Assembly: GCF_040938485.1 (NCBI RefSeq)
Contig: NW_027271846.1
Location: forward strand, 620,001-684,000
Length of the DNA stretch: 64,000 nt
Origin: Diadema antillarum
Lineage: Eukaryota
Direction of reading: 5' to 3'
Of the stretch, positions 61,901 to 64,000 are shown in pieces (position 1 is the first letter of the stretch; each line of letters opens with the position of its first letter). Made by a program: the position numbers and the translations under genes. The notes beneath the pieces were generated by a model. It was given only the letters and a program-made list of their open reading frames with translations. It was not told where the DNA came from and made no database searches.

Positions 61901-63057
61901 CAATATAGGTCAAAAATCAAGGTCAAAGGTCAAAGAAGTCAAAGGTCAAAATTCTGTGTAGAAGTTTTGAAGCCCTCACCTAGTGCCATCACATAAAGCA
62001 AGCGGAATTGAAATCGGGTTAGAAATGGCGAAGGAGTAGCATTTTGAAGCAAAATGTACAATATAGGTCAAAGGTCAAGGTCAAAGGTCACAACTGAAAT
62101 TCTGTGTAGAAGTTTCAAAGCTCCCATGTAGTGCTATCATATAAAGCAAACAGAATCAAAATCGGGTTAGAAATGGCGAAGGAGTAGCAAATTGAACATT
62201 TTGATCACACACGGACGCACAGACGGACGGACGGACGGACGGACAGACGGACAGACGGACGGACACACAGACACACACACGTACGGAGCCCGTTTCATAG
62301 TCCCCTGCTCGAACTCATTCGGCGGGGACAAAAAAATTCACCTTCATAATCTGGATCTGATTTTCTTGCAGTTCCTCAAGCTCTTTCTTTGAAGATGAAA
62401 TGGAGCACATCAGATCCAGCGTCACCCTTGAATTAGCCATAGTCGACAGCTTCAGCTCCGCACTTTTGTTTGTTGTCATGGAAAACAGAATGGCTGCCTC
62501 ACTACGGAAGGTCTAAAGATTACTCAAGTTCCCCCCCCCCCCCCCATTTACCTGTTGCTGAAGTTGTTGTTGGGTTTTTCTCTTCTTTTTTTTTTGGAAG
62601 AGGGACATTCAAACCAAGGGCCCTCCTCTCAGCCCTGATTACATCTCATTTCTGAGAAGCCTGATACTATAAAAACACATATCATTTTTTTTTTTCTCGT
62701 GAGCATAATATCAGAATGATGAACAATGCAAATGTACATTTTATTTTCAATTCTTCCCTGACCAGTATAACAGCCTCAACACATGTCAGTATTTTTTTTT
62801 TTCAATCAACATTCCACACAAGCATGCAAATAAACTGTGCTATGCACGAAATACGTTTAGGTTGGTTTGAATATAGAAGTATTAATTGTTCTGTACTTGA
62901 ATTTTCCAGAAGAGAGAATTTGTGCATTCAAAAATGAATTGTACACTACATAGTTATAAAAAAAGTAAAAATCTTATCTATGCAATTTCACATTGTTTTC
63001 ATAACATAGGATACATCTTCAGAATGAAGTCATTGATGGTTGGAAAAGGAGATTCAC
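54172..63057 (-). CDS. SIX6OS1-like: SIX6OS1/C14orf39-like coiled-coil protein (putative synaptonemal-complex central element), 5'-partial; complement(join(54172..54404,55569..55629,56560..56628,57421..57602,57954..58062,58810..59043,59739..60189,60876..60973,62342..62510,63015..63057))
   Basis: Ten exons join to one open 548-aa frame; all junctions are GT-AG except 63015/62510. ESPFPTINDFILKI..FRSE resembles human SIX6OS1 PAPFPSLTKWTLNIVNLRCE (recalled, not aligned). It is followed by a coiled coil, a long S/P-rich disordered region, F-rich motifs (KSPGSEFSYSF, GFSLNF) and a C-terminal FCLF* (human QFTFF*). Confidence in coding is higher than confidence in orthology. Confidence 0.6.
54897..55290. 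mobile_element. 386-bp palindromic MITE with TTAA target-site duplication (Kolobok/T2-like or piggyBac-like)
   Basis: TTAA|AGGGATGGTACAGTATTGGT ... ACCAGAACTATACGATCCCT|TTAA; the interior is an imperfect palindrome centred on AAAGTGTGGGTCCCACACTTT (about 55090-55110). Confidence 0.85.
55569..55629 (-). CDS. SIX6OS1-like exon MEKDSRQSNYCTGPKAMLGD
   Basis: ttgtttgtttcag acceptor, GTAAGC donor, 61 nt, phase 0 to 1, fits both neighbours. Confidence 0.75.
55918..56002. repeat. (ATC)n microsatellite
   Basis: Seen directly. Confidence 0.95.
56560..56628 (-). CDS. SIX6OS1-like exon DEHMTLDSSSFQENPFFSTMFGM
   Basis: gcttttcag acceptor, GTATGT donor, 69 nt, phase 0-0. Confidence 0.75.
57421..57602 (-). 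CDS. SIX6OS1-like exon GYPYTPK...KSPGSEFSYSFRPMFDETIQESGTK
   Basis: NAGNAG acceptor (CAG CAG, start 57602 or 57599), GTGGGA donor; lies within ORF 57334..57615. Confidence 0.65.
57954..58062 (-). CDS. SIX6OS1-like exon PSPSRDPMPEEMDFDSSSQPSVISDVGATGDFEMGE
   Basis: GTAGGT donor is clear. The acceptor (gaaaag) was chosen because it restores phase; an upstream aattag acceptor at 58092 would be out of phase. Confidence 0.55.
58810..59043 (-). CDS. SIX6OS1-like exon DPQHFAMSSSS...PGGDAQ
   Basis: ctctttgttag acceptor, GTAAGC donor, 234 nt, phase 0-0; GC-rich; overlaps ORF 58747..59025. Confidence 0.8.
59739..60189 (-). CDS. SIX6OS1-like exon RKGQENKSSNQPGMYKFGQ...AGRAAT
   Basis: tttatctag acceptor, GTAGGC donor, 451 nt, phase 2 to 0; overlaps ORF 59658..60149. 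Confidence 0.8.
60876..60973 (-). CDS. SIX6OS1-like coiled-coil exon KAEEEKQLAEAEKKRKEQEKIQREKAQQEELA(R)
   Basis: ttaaag acceptor, GTAAAG donor, 98 nt, phase 0 to 2; charged helical sequence. Confidence 0.8.
61379..62331 (-). mobile_element. Non-autonomous Helentron-associated element (HINE / DINE-1 / pearl-like) with internal tandem array
   Basis: 11-bp subterminal inverted repeats TGTCCCCGCCG (61405-61415 and 62320-62330); a short IR partner GTCCCCTGC (62300-62308); a (GACG/GACA)n microsatellite at 62210-62280; five core repeats; a terminal hairpin ATTACGCAGTGCGTAAT (61385-61401); T-rich flanks on the minus strand and no TSD. Confidence 0.85.
61419..62190. repeat. Tandem array of five 144-159 bp units inside the HINE
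   Basis: Units begin at GTAGCA at 61419, 61578, 61722, 61879, 62036 (next at 62184). Length differences come from the number of (A)GGTCAA heptamers. Confidence 0.95.
62342..62510 (-). CDS. SIX6OS1-like exon FRSEAAILFSM...KKELEELQENQIQIMK
   Basis: Open frame ending at a GTGAAT donor (phase 0). The 5' boundary is ambiguous: AG at 62514-62513 or AC at 62512-62511. Confidence 0.7.
63015..63057 (-). CDS. SIX6OS1-like exon GESPFPTINDFILK(I)
   Basis: ttctctttgtttag acceptor; donor GTATCCT (U12-like); carries the PFP motif. Confidence 0.6.
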
Positions 63058-63145
63058 CTAAACAAAGAGAACAGAACAAGGGAAGCATGATTATTACAAA
63101 CCAGTTTACAAAGACTGAAAGCAATATCAGAACACTACATATTAC

Positions 63146-63330
63146 CACAAATGTTTTGCATGCAACAAATGAGAAGTTTATGGAATAAGATACTGTAACA
63201 AAACAGACAACAGCTCAACAGTCCGCATAAGGACTTCAGCCATGCATCAATATTTTCTGGACCAACCACCCTCGAAGAATATGGTTCTTTAGCGATCAAG
63301 GCATCACTCTGTTTTGTGGTCATTTGTTTA
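63146..63330 (-). CDS. Possible further upstream exon of the minus-strand gene (KQMTTKQSDAL...MQNIC)
   Basis: Open frame with an AG acceptor and a GTAATA donor in phase with the next exon. The Cys-rich second half looks intronic and may hide another small intron. Confidence 0.25.
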
Positions 63331-63534
63331 CTTTAATAGGTACATAAAGTCAGATGTACATAGGTGATCCTGCATCTCAAAATCGATAAAAGTTGCCAGG
63401 TAAGATTTTTGATTAGCAATTCAATTCTGACAGAGGAAATTTTCTGCATAGAATGACATGCATTTCATTAAGATCAGATATTCATAAACCAGCAAAATCT
63501 TAAATGGTAAAAATAGATAGGAATACTTCTCAGA

Positions 63535-63634
63535 CAATTTTATTTATTTATTTGTATTTATTTATTTATTCAGTTTTCTTTACCCAGGGTAGCCCCATCA
63601 GTGGTTTACACACTGTTATCCTAGGGGGCCCCGC
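63535..63634 (-). mobile_element. SINE/LINE 3' tail with (TAAA)n
   Basis: Minus strand GGGGCCCCCTAGG...GGGGCTACCCTGGGTAAAG followed by (TAAA)n; shares CTACCCTGGGTA with the 30911 copy. Confidence 0.5.
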
Positions 63635-64000
63635 AACAGAATGACAAAATATAACAGTTCAACAAACACAAAATAACAAATCAAAGACATCCCTTTCTGC
63701 ATCGTAACATCAACAATGGGATTTGAATTGATGTATTGGATTTATCAATTTGCACAGTGTCACCATTTCTTGTGTGTGGAAGAAAAAACGGATCTATAAT
63801 TGCAATCACTCTTCATTCTTTAATAACATTCTATTCAAGATTCTAACACACTATCACAGCTGCTGATAGCTGCTTTTACCATTTCTGTGCATGCTCTGAA
63901 TGCTTACGACATGGGTGGAAATTAAAAAAAAGCAACCAGGCATTCAGATAATCAGTCTTAAAAAAAAGTTAAATACATGTAAATGCCACATGCTTACAAG

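Noticed and set aside
61419-62190. CRISPR-like array
   Set aside because: Eukaryotic context; the units are full tandem repeats without unique spacers.
62550-62635. Extra exon ending at CAG|GTAAAT that could fix the 63015/62510 phase problem
   Set aside because: It would leave a 39-nt intron and needs a frameshift in the A10 run; no acceptor gives an open frame.

Overview
Eukaryotic genomic DNA, probably from a marine invertebrate of echinoderm (sea-urchin-like) type; this is inferred from microsatellite and repeat content and gene similarity, not proven. It has 7 short N gaps and two convergent intron-containing genes. (1) Plus strand, 30212-47797: a nicotinic acetylcholine receptor alpha subunit of the alpha9/alpha10-like type. 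Five coding exons join in frame (502 aa from MYGG), but the signal-peptide exon was not found. The agonist site is intact, yet the M1-M2 selectivity filter reads PYDVG-VV-K instead of PxDSG-E-K. The conserved -1' Glu is lost and one residue is inserted, making it a candidate anion-permeable or Ca-impermeable ACh receptor. This is the most interesting signal in the window. (2) Minus strand, 54172 to at least 63057 and probably continuing past the window edge: a coiled-coil plus disordered protein resembling the synaptonemal-complex protein SIX6OS1/C14orf39. One of its junctions keeps frame only as a non-canonical, U12-like GT-AC intron. The rest is intronic or intergenic. It includes a Helentron-associated (HINE/DINE-1-like) element with a ~150-bp satellite, a TTAA palindromic MITE, a foldback MITE, an inverted pair of TIR elements carrying tRNA-like Pol III cassettes, and SINE remnants. 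It also has two RFX X-boxes, many CRE palindromes, many microsatellites, and a sharp CpG-rich to CpG-poor boundary near 52.55 kb. All identifications were made by eye, without database searches.
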